A stretch of DNA of 64,000 bases from Haliotis cracherodii (lineage: Eukaryota). Positions within the stretch are counted from its first letter, which is position 1. Every line of letters starts with the position of its first letter. Made by a program: the position numbers and the translations under genes. The stretch spans positions 26,970,001-27,034,000 of the forward strand of contig NW_027266265.1 of NCBI RefSeq assembly GCF_022045235.1, read 5' to 3'. The notes under the pieces were generated by a model. That model searched no databases, was not told where the DNA came from, and saw only the letters and a program-made list of their open reading frames with translations. Positions 38,120 through 50,647 of this stretch are shown here, piece after piece.

Positions 38120-38990
38120 TTATCAAGACTTTTACTCAGGATCTCATGCAAAAAGGTGGGACACCCTGGTAGGAATCAATAAACTTCACAAATTAAAACC
38201 AACAGTCTGTCATACCTTCTTGGGTTGTCAGTCAAGACATGACAAGTTTGTTTTATGACAATGTCGTATTGGCCACAGTCTGTTTACCCAGGAATATCTG
38301 CTTAAGACAGATAATGACCAACCTCCTAAGTGTATCCCTTGTTGTTAAAGGTTCACCCTCAGGGATATATTGCTTAACTGTGTGAACTTTGCAATCACAA
38401 GGGATTCACATAATCAAAGCGTAAATCTGAAAGATCCCTTTTCCCATGTCAGCGGGCATCTCATTATCAGCTATTTGAAAGAAATTGGTCTGTACAATAA
38501 ATTTTAGATATGTATGTGAATAGTTAAATGCTTGTTTTTTAATTTGGTGTGATGCTATTATCAACTGACATTATTGAAGGCTCTGTCTAACATTATTGTT
38601 GTCCCTCTGTGTGAGACGTAATCCTATCATAATTGATGTAACTATCATCAACCAGTGTTTTTAAGCCAACTCATTGCGGAGTATTTTTTAATATGGTCTA
38701 GTATTATGCACAACCACCAGTAGCTAAAGTGATGACGTAATTCCTGCTGGAGTATCATGCAGGAAGCCGAGGTACTGTAAGTCCCAAAGATTCCCAGCAA
38801 GATGGCTTGGCTTTGCTTACTGGTGGCCTATAGCCAGTGTTTTAAAAATGTATACATGATATTGTTGTGCTCAAATATGTTTCATAAATTGTTTTTAAAT
38901 ATACCTTTGCATAAATGACTCAGTTGTAAACATTCTTCACTATATGGCTGAAATAATGTCGATGTGACATTAAATTTTAACTCACTCACT
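38120..38990 (+). mobile_element. 5'-truncated, decayed I-group (Nimbus/I-like) LINE: ORF2 C-terminus, 3' UTR and (ACTC)n tail
   Basis: Reading ~38157-38507: W..LVGINKLHKLKP...L*QCRIGHSLFTQEYLLK...PPKCIPCC*RFTLRDILLNCVNF...YLKEIGLYNKF*, typical of the RIGH + CCHC-type C-terminus of I-group LINEs, with two in-frame stops. 3' end TATATGGCTGAAATAATGTCGATGTGACATTAAATTTTAACTCACTCACT. Confidence 0.85.
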
Positions 38991-39524
38991 AGCTAATCAA
39001 ATTATCTGCATACATTAGGGAGAAATGGTAAAAGGTTTTTGGATAGGAATGCCATGAAAACCAAAAAAACTGGGAGAGGTTGGTAGGATGGTCCAGGCAA
39101 ATTTTCTCCAGGCCTTTTCCTTTTGACAGGTCAAATAGCAAAATATGTTCAAGGACGGCAGTAGTGTTTTGGCCAACATGACTGGTATGTCCGTTACCTC
39201 TTGGCTTGACAAAGCCAACATGCTGCTGCCATGGAGGCAAGGGCTAGGGACCTACAGCACTTCAATGAGGGGACCCTGTTAACAATGTTGCCAGAATATT
39301 TTGCACAATGTATCTATACCTCACAAAAGATGCTTGTACTTCATTCATAAAATAAAGTGTGAACTTCAGAACCTTGTGGTTGTACGTTTTCCTCTAAAAA
39401 TCAAGTTGATGTTAGTTGGTGACTGCAGTCCCACAAACACCTAGAGTCATCTCCCTTTAGCCATCACATTTCTTGAGTTAACATCTGCTACTCCACACAG
39501 CTTCAAGTTGGGAAACTTGACTCT

Positions 39525-39720
39525 TGATTGTTTGTTGTCCACTGCTATAATCAGCAATATTTCAGCTAAACATGTATCATGACAACCTGTAAACAATCAA
39601 GCCTGAGCATGACAAACCAGAGCAACAACGTCCCACACCATTAGGGTATGATGACACTCCGTGAACCATGTCATCAAGCCTCTCAACGTGAGCCTTTTCA
39701 TTCATCTCTGTAAACGACAA
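39525..39720 (-). mobile_element. Degenerate copy of the 57775-58020 SINE-like family
   Basis: TTGTTTGTTG...CAGCAATATTTCAGCTA...CTGTAAACAATCAAG is reverse-complement similar to the 57775-58020 3' region. Confidence 0.55.
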
Positions 39721-39739
39721 TCATGTGTTTCCAATTTTA

Positions 39740-41778
39740 TACTGACAGGAAAAAAGTAAACTGTGCTTCATAGAAAGTTCAATAAAAAAGATGTACTGTC
39801 ATCTTTTAATACATTCATGGAGACATCTCAACCTCAAGATGGTGATTAACAATGTGCAAGGTGCACAATTTGGATGTTTATGGGTTTGTTGGCAGCATGA
39901 TACTCACACATGGTTTCCAAATGTGAACAGCAGACAATGATAGTTTAGCTATTAGGTGCTCATGAAAATCCTGTTTAACCGTAAATAACGCTTACACAAT
40001 GCCTACATGCTGCAAACAGGAACAACCAGCTTTATCGCTGAATAAAATAGTTCCTCAAAGAGAGGTGACATGAGCGTATGTATGCACAACTTGCTCTTCA
40101 GAAACATTTGACAAAACACATGTATTCAAATGATATCACCATTAGATGAGAAGGGTCTGTTAAGAACTACCTCAGTAAGTCAGTCACGATAACATTGCCT
40201 CGTAATACATTTACATCAAGTACAAGACGTCAAAATGGCCGACACAATCAACGTGTCAGGAGAGATTTCGGAAGTTGTCAATAAACCTGTGGCGGTTACA
40301 TGTTTTAGTCATCATTGATCAACTGGCCGATCTTTGAAAGGTTACCATAAAGACGTGTCAAATAGATACTTAGGTAAATTCATATATTGCTGTAGACTCA
40401 CTGCAAGGGTCTATATGATGAGAAAGAATGCTTCTGTACGTATTCGTGCTAGGGAATTCCCAGGAATGTGGAAGTAGTCCATCAGTTTTTACGTAAGAAC
40501 ATGGTCTCATGAAAAATGTATGAACGTCTAATTGTGTCGTCCAATGGAAAAGCTGTATATCGTGTAAACTTCAAATTAAAAAATCATCTCACAGTCTCAA
40601 CTCTTTGGAGATGTTATCTGCAGCAGGGCAACACTCACATCAACAAAACAACCACTTTCAGTTGGTGCATCTGGGGAATCGATACTAAAATGCCACATTA
40701 ACAGCTTGGACATGTCCTGGGTCGAGACCAATTAGTGGCAGAACCATACGCAACTGTTTGAGGGAACAGAACATCCGGCCCTGACTCCCTATTTTGATTC
40801 AACGTCACTGTCAGCCATGTCCAGCTATGTGTAGACAGCATCTGAGGTTCTAATGACAAGACTGGGACATTATAAAGTCCATCTTTCAAGGGTCTACACA
40901 GGCGTCCAGGAGAAACATTTTAGCAATACTTGTATTATTCAACATGGTCAGTTTGGTGTGGGAATGGCATCACAACTCATGGGTGAACAACTCATTGGTA
41001 ATGCCCATTTGAATGGCATACACTATCGGGATGACATCATTCGAGATCAAGTTCTTCTCTTTGTGCAAATGAGTGTGTGAGTTTGGTTTAACGCCGCTTT
41101 TAACAGTATTCCAGTTATATCACGGCGTGTCAGCTAAATGTGGGTGGAAATCCTGAAGTGATGCAGGTCTCAGACGTTTACCACTTGGGTGAAACCCACA
41201 AGCACGGGTATGGTGCTGACAAATCTAGAAACAAAATCGGGGCAAACTGGGATTCAAATTCACAATCATAGGTGCTTGGCGTGCTCAAGGGACGCAACTC
41301 TCCACAGCTAATCGCGGGCCTACCGTGCCCCCTTGTGCAAATGCATGTACGGGGGACATAATGTCACGTGCCCACACGTTGTACGTGTTGTAACAAACTT
41401 TTGAGGAGGCATTAACAATACTGTACTGCCAGGGGCGGCCGTTTCTCCAGACCTCTCCCTCATTGAACATGTCTGGGATGAGATGGAATGACGCCTGTGA
41501 CTGGACCAGAACCAGCTGGTAATGCTAGCTAAGTCGGGCCAATCATAGGTTGGCATTTGGTGGTCACACTCGATATTGACATTGATAACGGAGTTGTTGC
41601 ACAACCCCTTTTAGTGTGTGTCGTACCTATTACCAGCCTAAGGTTTTGTCAATGAATTTGTTGTGATAAACCATAATTACACGAATGACCAAACATTGTG
41701 TTGCTATTTTCAATAACATGACATTTACACCATTTTATATGAAGAACAGCACAGCACAGCTACTTTTTTCCATTAGTA
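39740..41778 (+). mobile_element. Near full-length but decayed Tc1-like transposon with a nested SINE
   Basis: TIRs TA|TACTGACAGGAAAAAAGTAAACTGTGCT ... AGCACAGCTACTTTTTTCCATTAGTA|TA. Transposase remnants LNGIHYRDDIIRDQV, AVSPDLSLIEHVWDEM, GGHTRY*. Confidence 0.8.
41072..41332 (-). mobile_element. Second SINE family (different body, same tail module) inserted in the Tc1 element
   Basis: Tail GAGTGTGTGAGTTTGGTTTAACGCCGCTTTTAACAGTATTCCAGTTATATCACGGCG. 11-bp TSD TTGTGCAAATG at 41061-41071 and 41333-41343. Confidence 0.8.
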
Positions 41779-42097
41779 TATCATGGAAGATATTATATAT
41801 GCCCATCAACTGAATGCAAATCAGATACTTCCTTGGATGCACACATGCAAATAGGCATCCTGTGTGATCAGGCATCCAAATGACTCCTAAAAATCATCAC
41901 TGTTTATAAAATTGTTATATTTGTAACTTTTCAGGTACTTATGTGGTGGATGTGGCAATTTGTAGCTGCACTGGATCAAATTAAGGGCTGTATTGAGTTT
42001 TTGTTGTTGGTTTGATCTTCACATCAATACCTCAAAGCATCTCTGAAACAATTGAAATATGGAACAAATAGACAGTCATGTTCATGCATGCTTGAAT

Positions 42098-43993
42098 ACT
42101 TCACCACTAAAACCTGTTACACAAGCGTGTCTTCCTTTTGGGGTTGTGGGACAGAATAGTTCACCAGTAACACAAGCTTGTCTCCCTTCTGGGGTTGTGG
42201 GACAGAATGGTTCACCAGTAACACAAGCTTGTCTCCCTTCTGGGATTGTGGGACAGAATAGTTCACCAGTAACACAAGCTTGTCTCCCTTCTGGGGTTGT
42301 GGGACAGAATAGTTCACCAGTAACACAAGCTTGTCTCCCTTCTGGGTTTGTGGGACAGAATAGTTCACCAGTAACACAAGCTTGTCTCCCTTCTGGGGTT
42401 GTGGGGCAGAATAGTTCACCAGTAACACAAGCTTGTCTCCCTTCTGGGGTTGTGGGACAGAATAGTTCACCAGTAACACAAGCTTGTCTCCCTCCTGGGA
42501 TTGTGGGACAGAATAGTTCACCAGTAACACAAGCTTGTCTCCCTTCTGGGGTTGTGGGACAGAATAGTTCACCAGTAACACAAGCTTGTCTCCCTCCTGG
42601 GATTGTGGGACAGAATTGTTCACCAGTAACACAAGCTTGTCTCCCTTCTGGGGTTGTGGGACAGAATAGTTCACCAGTAACACAAGCTTGTCTCCCTTCT
42701 GGGGTTGTGGGACAGAATAGTTCACCAGTTACACAAGCCTGTCTCCCTTCTGGGGTTGTGGGACAGAATAGTTCACCAGTAACACGAGCTTGTCTCCCTT
42801 CTGGGATTGTGGGACAGAATAGTTCACCAGTAACACAAGCTTGTCTCCCTTCTGGGATTGTGGGACAGAATAGTTCACCAGTAACACAAGCTTGTCTCCC
42901 TTCTGGGGTTGTGGGACAGAATAGTTCACCAGTAACACAAGCTTGTCTCCCTTCTGGGGTTGTGGGACAGAATAGTTCACCAGTTACACAAGCTTGTCTC
43001 CCTTCTGGGGTTGTGGGACAGAATAGTTCACCAGTAACACAAGCTTGTCTCCCTTCTGGGGTTGTGGGGCAGAATAGTTCACCAGTAACACAAGCTTGTC
43101 TCCCTTCTGGGATTGTGGGACAGAATAGTTCACCAGTAACACAAGCTTGTCTCCCTTCTGGCATTGTGGGACAGAATAGTTCACCTGTAACACAAGCTTG
43201 TCTCCCTTCTGGGGTTGTGGGACAGAATAGTTCACCAGTAACACAAGCTTGTCTCCCTTCTGGGGTTGTGGGACAGAATAGTTCACCAGTAACACAAGCT
43301 TGTCTCCCTTCTGGGGTTGTGGGACAGAATAGTTCACCAGTAACACAAGCTTGTCTCCCTTCTGGGGTTGTGGGACAGAATAGTTCACCAGTAACACAAG
43401 CTTGTCTCCCTTCTGGGGTTGTGGGACAGAATAGTTCACCAGTAACACAAGCCTGTCTCCCTTCTGGGGTTGTGGGACAGAATAGTTCACCAGTAACACA
43501 AGCTTGTCTCCCTTCTGGGGTTGTGGGACAGAATAGTTCACCAGTAACACAAGCCTGTCTCCCTTCTGGGGTTGTGGGACAGAATAGTTCACCAGTAACA
43601 CAAGCATGTCTCCCTTCTGGGGTTGTGGGACAGAATAGTTCACCAGTAACACAAGCTTGTCTCCCTTCTGGCATTGTGGGGCAGAATAGTTCACCAGTAA
43701 CACAAGCTTGTCTCCCTTCAGGGGTTGTGGGACAGAATAGTTCACCAGTAACACAAGCTTGTCTCCCTTCTGGCATTGTGGGGCAGAATAGTTCACCAGT
43801 AACACAAGCTTGTCTCCCTTCTGGGGTTGTGGGACAGAATAGTTCACCAGTAACACAAGCTTGTCTTCCTTCTGGGGTTGTGGGACAGAATAGTTCACCA
43901 GTAACACAAGCTTGTCTCCCTTCTGGGGTTGTGGGACAGAATAGTTCACCCGTTACACAAGCTTGTCTCCCTTCTGGGGTTGTGGGACAGAAT
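42098..43993 (+). repeat. Minisatellite, 51-bp unit, ~37 near-identical copies
   Basis: Unit TCACCAGTAACACAAGCTTGTCTCCCTTCTGGGGTTGTGGGACAGAATAGT (HindIII site in most units). Confidence 0.97.
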
Positions 43994-45395
43994 GGGGATG
44001 GGTATTGAATGTTAAAAGTGTATCACAATGTTCTGCGATGCACAAGGCCATAATGAGATACGTATTGCGGTATATTGTACAATTCTAATTTTGAATTCAA
44101 GAAGCAATCTGAAACGAAGGTATGAATTGAAGTTTAGAAATAGAACAAAAATGATGCTGGGAAAACAATCATTACTCATTCAATAAATATGTAACTTTCT
44201 TGGGGCCCCGGGTGCACGCTCCAGGGAAGTGAAGGTATTTAGCAAGTGTATTACAAAAAACACATGGTAAATATCACTATTTGAAATCACCTGATATACC
44301 AACATAAAACAAATCATACTCTAATACATATTTAAGAATAAACCTCAATTCACTGATAAATCGGTAGTACCGCCCACACTTAGTTACCAATGATAATGTC
44401 TCATATTTAGGCTGGTTTGGGGATGCGAATCCTTAATCGGTGGATCCTGGCATGGCTAAGGAATGTAACTATGCACGACAACTCTGTGGTACGTTAGACC
44501 AGTGGGCTACCTGCAACCTCCACTGGACTGTAAAAGTAGTTACACCATCTATTAACAAAATCATACCTGGAAAGACTGCTTTATGTTAACTCTTCCTTAA
44601 TGTCAAATATGTAAACAAAATGTAAGTATGAGTTTTGAAACATGTTCATGTTTCATACTACATACCATATCCTTTGTCTGTTAACACAGAATTAATCAAA
44701 TCTTTGCAAGGATATATTTAATGAGGTTAAGTTGAGAATAATGTGTCACATGCAGTGACAATCTAGAGCGTGAGAGTTTAATACAAATGACTTAACACTT
44801 ATGTGTAAGTTAGATTATTCCTATAAATTAGTACATTAGTCGTATTACATCAATGAGTTTGAATTTAAGAGGCTATATTATCCAAAGTTATTTCAAGCCT
44901 TCAGAATCTTCAGGTTTAAAACTTCACATGGACTAAATCATGATGTTGAAATTGTTAAAAAAAGAAAAAGAAAAAAAGGTGTTAGTCCCATATATGTTTA
45001 TTACATATGCATGTACCATACAATTTCAAATACATGCACAGTGACAAGCTTCAATACATGGTTTGTTTCTAGTTGAAAGAAAGTCTCCTTGAACAAAAAG
45101 GGGAGAATGTGTAACATTCTTTCAACATATAGCCTGTATTCTTTTCTTCTTGTACGATGCACTGTTAATGAATCTGTTCCACACATAAATAATCTAAAGA
45201 CATTGGTCTAGATCATGTCTGGTTATAAAAGAGGTTTGATGAATTTGATTTTGAAAGTCAACATTCAGTTAGATCTTCATACAGAACGTCTCAAATTACT
45301 GCAGGCAAAGTTTCATGTTCAGGTTCGGGGTTAAGTGGTGAAAATGGCCATCTATATTGAACAATGTCCCAATAAGGTTACATTGTATTCTGTTC

Positions 45396-45758
45396 TCAGT
45401 TCGTAAGTGCAACAAGTGCTTCCACAATATTCCCTTTATGTTCTCTCAGAACTCTCTCCGCCTGAATTCGGCCAATTTCTATTTCATTCACAATAAGATC
45501 TACGTCATCTTTGTTTATTTTCACTTTTGAAAGTTCTCTTTCTCGTTCTTGTCTTTCAGAAGCTTCCTTGGCTTTGCTGACATTTACAACCCGCATGGCA
45601 TCGCTGATGCTCTGAGCGGAGATTTCTGTTTCTTCGACATAATCAGTGACTTTCTCTAAATCGGCTGCACCGGAGTCATGTTTGGCAACTTTCTTTGATT
45701 TGCCTTCTTTTTTATCTTCATTCTCTTCGATTTCAACGTTTTCTTCCTCCGTCGCCAT
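45396..45758 (-). CDS. HYPK: Huntingtin-interacting protein K (NatA-associated chaperone), single coding exon, 120 aa
   Basis: MATEEE...KHDSGAADLEKVTDYVEETEI...ERERELSKVKINKDDVDLIVNEIEI...LREHKGNIVEALVALTN, i.e. the HYPK motif plus C-terminal UBA-like domain. ATG in good context (AACATGG) at 45758. Confidence 0.95.
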   Translation of the reverse strand: MATEEENVEIEENEDKKEGKSKKVAKHDSGAADLEKVTDYVEETEISAQSISDAMRVVNVSKAKEASERQERERELSKVKINKDDVDLIVNEIEIGRIQAERVLREHKGNIVEALVALTN

Positions 45759-46065
45759 GTTGGAACATGTGCGTGGTTCCTCGCTTACCTCCCTTGGTTC
45801 CTCCCTGACAAGTTGCACTCGAACAATGCGTATGCGCTTCAATCTCATATGCATTATAAGCCTTGGAAGAAGAAACATAGTCCATAAATCAACTTAAATC
45901 ATGCATCTTGTCTATGAATACATATCAGCAATGATTTATGCATGGCCCTTACTGTCCATAATGCCCTATCGAAGAAAATGTGTTTTTTTTACATAAACAT
46001 GTAAGGAAAAGAGAAAGAGCGTGTCGGACAGTTTATATAATATAAGCCTCCCAAATCAACCAGCG

Positions 46066-46156
46066 GCCTCGGTAGCGCAGTAGGTAGCGCGTCAGTCTCA
46101 TAATCACATTGGCAAGAGCCATCTGAAGGTCGTGAGTTCGATCCTCACCCGGGGCA
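46066..46156 (+). tRNA. Elongator tRNA-Met (CAT) with an 18-nt intron (46103-46120)
   Basis: Exons GCCTCGGTAGCGCAGTAGGTAGCGCGTCAGTCTCATA and ATCTGAAGGTCGTGAGTTCGATCCTCACCCGGGGCA join into a canonical metazoan-type tRNA-Met. Anticodon CAT at 46099-46101, intact A and B boxes, TATA-like sequence at ~46032-46045. Confidence 0.95.
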
Positions 46157-46160
46157 GCAA

Positions 46161-46173
46161 TTCTTTTTTTTTT
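46161..46173 (+). terminator. RNA polymerase III terminator (oligo-T) of the tRNA-Met gene
   Basis: TTC followed by T10, a few nt downstream of the tRNA 3' end. Confidence 0.8.
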
Positions 46174-48196
46174 CATTTTCGACAAAAAGATACGCAAAGT
46201 ATATTTATACCTATGAATCATTCAACGTATGAAATATACAACAAACAGTATACTACTCGAAAGAAGTTATAGCATGACAGACAACTACAGTAAAATGAAA
46301 GATTCGGATGTTCTGTGCTCAGTATTCTTTTAATTAGTATATTTGTAAAGTAACGAAACATTTCAGTCCGATAAATCAGCATAAATTACTTTTTCACCAA
46401 AGGGTTAAATGCCGCAGACAAAGAAGGAGCAAGTAATCGTTCTTTTGGAACTGAAATATTCACATTTAGTTTACTTAAAATTGCAAGATCTGGCCATCAG
46501 TAAATTATCTAACAAATACCGAAAGCAAGGTATGGCGGTGAATGATTCATATGACAAGGTTACTTTGACGTGTGTGTTCATTACATCCGCGACTGTTGAG
46601 TAATACCGTTGCAGGCATATGTAGGTATCCGGAATGATAAAGCACGACGTCACCGAAGCTGCATTTTTGTTTTCACAAGAGCTCATCCCTGCTCAAGATT
46701 ACCAATCCCCGAATCACGTTCTTCATAGAAAACTCTCCAGTCTTGGGATCAGAATTAGACAATATTAAAGAAAAAAATAGTACCTCACTTTACGTTACTC
46801 AGCAACCCCGTTTATCCAATCGATTTTTTACTTGGTATACAACCCATCTCGTTTAACAAGGTTCATTGGAGTTGCGGGTTTTCGGAGTTGGTGTAATGGC
46901 GGCGATCGGGGCACTATACAGGCTATACAAATTACATTATACAATGATATAGATACATCACTAAGAAGATCCACTGAGATGACCCTTTTCATAGATCATG
47001 ATGATCTTTGGTTACGCATGACGAGTATTCTAGGTGGGACGAGAAAGTGTGACGCACGTAGGTGTTGACGTCAAGTTGCACAATAGCAATGCACGATCCG
47101 GTACTGAATGATCAGCGAGAAATTGTTTGTAAAAAAATAATTATTCTTTTAAATAGGAAGATCTAAAGTTACGTTATCTAAGTTTAAAGAGATGAATGTT
47201 GGAAATATCAGTTAACAATGAAAACCTAGACTTCGGTTCGAAAACAATGTCATTTATAAGCAGACAAGCTTCCAATATTGGCAGTCGGAGTCACGTAACT
47301 TTATATCTGTTCTGGATCCTGTCTGAAGGTGTCGCCTGCAGCAGATAATGCAGGATCCACCTAGAACGGTTTATCGATGTAGGCAACAGCTGTACAGGGT
47401 TTGCCAGCCTGCTGGTATAGCGTCAGTGTAAAGGTTTATAATATAAACCGTTATTATTGATATATTCCACGACTTATTCTCCTTAATGTTTTCCAACAAC
47501 ATCGTCGCATGCGTGTTCCATACACACGAACGCATTAATCTATACGAGAGCCCGAACGACAGAGCGTCTTGGAACCGATATCGGCCGAGGATGTGCACAG
47601 CTGGCACTTGTCAACACACGGCCGTCTGCCAGAACACAACATTGCAAGCAGTCAGATCGAAGCGTTTGCGCCTTCTTTCTGTTTTTATTGAACCACTTAG
47701 TCGATGAAGCTGGCATCTGATTCACTTATGTCTATTTTAGCTCCATATCATAAAATTCATGGATATTCCTTGCAATAGCCTTAGTCACACTTGTAATGAA
47801 TTCCACCATCTGTGTATACAACGTCAATATAATGGCTACCTGTTGAAGAGGAAATTAGGTGCCACTCTGTGTTAGCGTGGCTTCACACCAGAAATATATA
47901 CCAAGAATAATAACATCTTTATCATTTTTATACGATTATATTCAAGTACTTCATATTCTCCCTAATTGAACACGAGAGCAAATGGTAGCGGTTCACAAAA
48001 GAACTCCGTTTCCCTGCTAAAGTAAGAAGCAGGTAATTTGAATGGGTTTTACAATAGTACATCAGAACACTAGGCTATTTCCCAAAGACCCGTTCTTCAC
48101 CTTTAGTGAGTAATTTTTAAAGTGTGAAGCGTAGGTTTAAATATACATGTATAAACGTAAGTTTAAGTGGGAAAGAATGAGTTTAACTGTAGCGTA

Positions 48197-48324
48197 NNNN
48201 NNNNNNNNNNNNNNNNNNNNNNNNNNNNNNNNNNNNNNNNNNNNNNNNNNNNNNNNNNNNNNNNNNNNNNNNNNNNNNNNNNNNNNNNNNNNNNNNNNNN
48301 NNNNNNNNNNNNNNNNNNNNNNNN
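48197..48324. other. Assembly gap (128 N)
   Basis: Run of N abutting a tandem array. Confidence 1.
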
Positions 48325-49310
48325 AGGTTCATGTGTAGGGGCATGTTGGTTTGAGGACGGGAACAGGTTCATGTGTAGGGGCATGTAGGTTTGAGGACAG
48401 GAACAGGTTCATGTGTAGGGGCATGTAGGTTTGAGGACAGGTACAGGTTCATGTGTAGGGGCATGTAGGTTTGAGAAGTGGAGCAGATGTTCATGTGTAG
48501 GGGTATAAAGGTTTGAGAAGTGGAGCATAGATTTATGTGTAGGGGCATGTAGGTTTGAGAAGTGGAGCAGATGTTCATGTGTAGGGGCATGTAGGTTTGA
48601 GAAGTGGAGCATAGGTTTATGTGTAGGGGCATGTAGGTTTGAGAAGTGGAGCAGATGTTCATGTGTAGGGGCATGTAGGTTTGAGAAGTGGAGCATAGGT
48701 TTATGTGTAGGGGCATGTCGGTTTGAGAAGTGGAGCAAATGTTCATGTGTAGGGGTATGTAGGTTTGAGAAGTGGAGCATAGGTTTATGTGTAGGGGCAT
48801 GTCGGTTTGAGAAGTGGAGCATAGGTGTATGTGTAGGGGCATGTAGGTTTGAGAAGTGGAGCATAGGTTCATGTGTTGGGGCATGTAGGTTTGAGAAGTG
48901 GAGCATAGGTTTATGTGTAGGGGCATGTAGGTTTGAGGACAGGAACAGGTTCATGTGTAGGGGCATGTAGGTTTGAGGACAGGAACAGGTTCATGTGTAG
49001 GGGCATGTAGGTTTGAGGACAGGTACAGGTTTATGTGTAGGGGCATGTCGGTTTGAGAAGTGGAGCATAGGTGTATGTGTAGGGGCATGTAGGTTTGAGA
49101 AGTGGAGCATAGGTTCATGTGTTGGGGCATGTAGGTTTGAGAAGTGGAGCATAGGTTTATGTGTAGGGGCATGTAGGTTTGAGGACAGGAACAGGTTCAT
49201 GTGTAGGGGCATGTAGGTTTGAGGACAGGAACAGGTTCATGTGTAGGGGCATGTAGGTTTGAGGACAGGAACAGGTTTAGGTGTAGGGGCATGTAGGTTA
49301 GAGGACAGGA
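48325..49310 (+). repeat. Minisatellite with 40/42-bp unit variants
   Basis: AGGTT(C/T)ATGTGTAGGGGCATGTAGGTTTGAG followed by GACAGGAAC or AAGTGGAGCAT. True length unknown because it runs into the gap. Confidence 0.95.
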
Positions 49311-49585
49311 GAGGAGAGGAGCATAGGTAAATATATGGAAATATGTTTAAGGCACTGGGTGTAGGCGTGTGAAGGTTTATGTACGGGGCATGTGTTGTGT
49401 TGCAGTAGCATTGGCTTAAATGAAGGAACATAGGTTTAAGTGTGGCAATATAGACGCATTGATTTGTTTATCATACATTCACAAAATTCCAGTGTTACTA
49501 TCACTAAAACCCAAATACAGTTTACTCTAGCCCGATATACCAGCGAAGGGTTCGATAGAAGCCTGCATCTTCATATATATATACA

Positions 49586-49588
<3 letters not shown>

Positions 49589-49628
<40 letters not shown>
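49589..49628 (+). repeat. (CA)n microsatellite
   Basis: About 20 CA units. Confidence 0.95.
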
Positions 49629-49629
<1 letters not shown>

Positions 49630-50412
49630 TATAGAAAACAGTTTTATTTGAATCATGAAAATACAAGTTGGGGACAAGTGATACTTGTACAAATATTTCC
49701 CCCCAGCCCCTTCCCCCCAAATGTTTTGTTTCTGATTTTCACCTACCACATGCAGATTGATGTTGCTAAGTTAGCTGCGAGTGTAGAGGGCTTACCATCT
49801 GTTCAAGTGATGTAGATGTTATCGTCATGTTGTCATACCGCTGACTTATTGATTCACGTGTGATCAAAACCGTCTATGTATCTGTTAAGGGAGCATGATG
49901 ACCAAAACATAGCCCAGAATACAATACGTAGTCAATGATATGCTTCATGAAATGGGTAGAAGACCATTCACAAAGGAGGACGATTTCATTGACATTTTAC
50001 CGTTTTCTTATCTATCAAAGGTGATTTCAAAACGAAATGATTAGACTAGAACAATAAACAATAATATGTAATTTTATTTCATGTATGTAATCTCGGAGAA
50101 ACACAAATTTTGATACTGGGTTTGTCTCTTCTTCTTTCTTTCATAGATATACGTCATGTGTTCCAATCAGGGAGTCAGTATACGACTTACATGTACCTGG
50201 TCAAGTGCAATTTAAAGGCATGAACTATTTTTCTTATTTGCGTTGATTAGTGACTATCATAAAGTGTTATTGATAAAGATAATTTTGTTAACAGACCAGT
50301 TTTGAATACCCTAGTAAATCATACCAGAATCTATACAAAAAAAAACAACACGGAGCTTCTCAAAAACGATAACAAATGTGTCAGCTCTCTTTTTGTTGCT
50401 GTTGACACGTTG

Positions 50413-50548
50413 ATTTGAACGATGTAGTTCTTTAGACGTTGTTACATTTGAACGATGTAGTTCTTGAGACGTTGTTACATTTAATCGATGTAGTTCTTTA
50501 GACGTTGTTACATTTGAACGATGTAGTTCTTTAGACGTTGTTACATTT
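50413..50548 (+). repeat. 33-bp tandem repeat, ~4 copies
   Basis: ATTTGAACGATGTAGTTCTTTAGACGTTGTTAC. Confidence 0.9.
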
Positions 50549-50551
50549 CAC

Positions 50552-50647
50552 AAAATGGGCTTTACACATTGTACACATGTGGGGAATCGAACCCAGGTCT
50601 TCGGCGTCACGAGAGAACGCTTTAACCACTGGCTATCCCGCCGCCGC
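50552..50647 (-). mobile_element. tRNA-derived SINE 5' half
   Basis: AAATGGGCTTTACACATTGTAC...GGGGAATCGAACCCAGGTCTTCGGCG...GCTTTAACCACTGGCTATCCCGCCGCC. Confidence 0.85.

Noticed and set aside
42059-44008. 649-aa ORF of 17-aa repeats (SPVTQACLPSGVVGQNS) with ATG and stop
   Set aside because: It is a 51-bp minisatellite that is also open on the opposite strand, with no signal peptide or unique domain. An RNA-seq check would be needed to exclude it fully.
45759-45878. 40-aa N-terminal extension of HYPK in the ORF track
   Set aside because: No resemblance to HYPK. The ATG at 45758 has good context and gives the expected length.
46812-46847. Minus-strand MGCIPSKKSIG* resembling a myristoylation/palmitoylation start
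   Set aside because: It stops after 11 codons and I could not link it to a convincing downstream exon.
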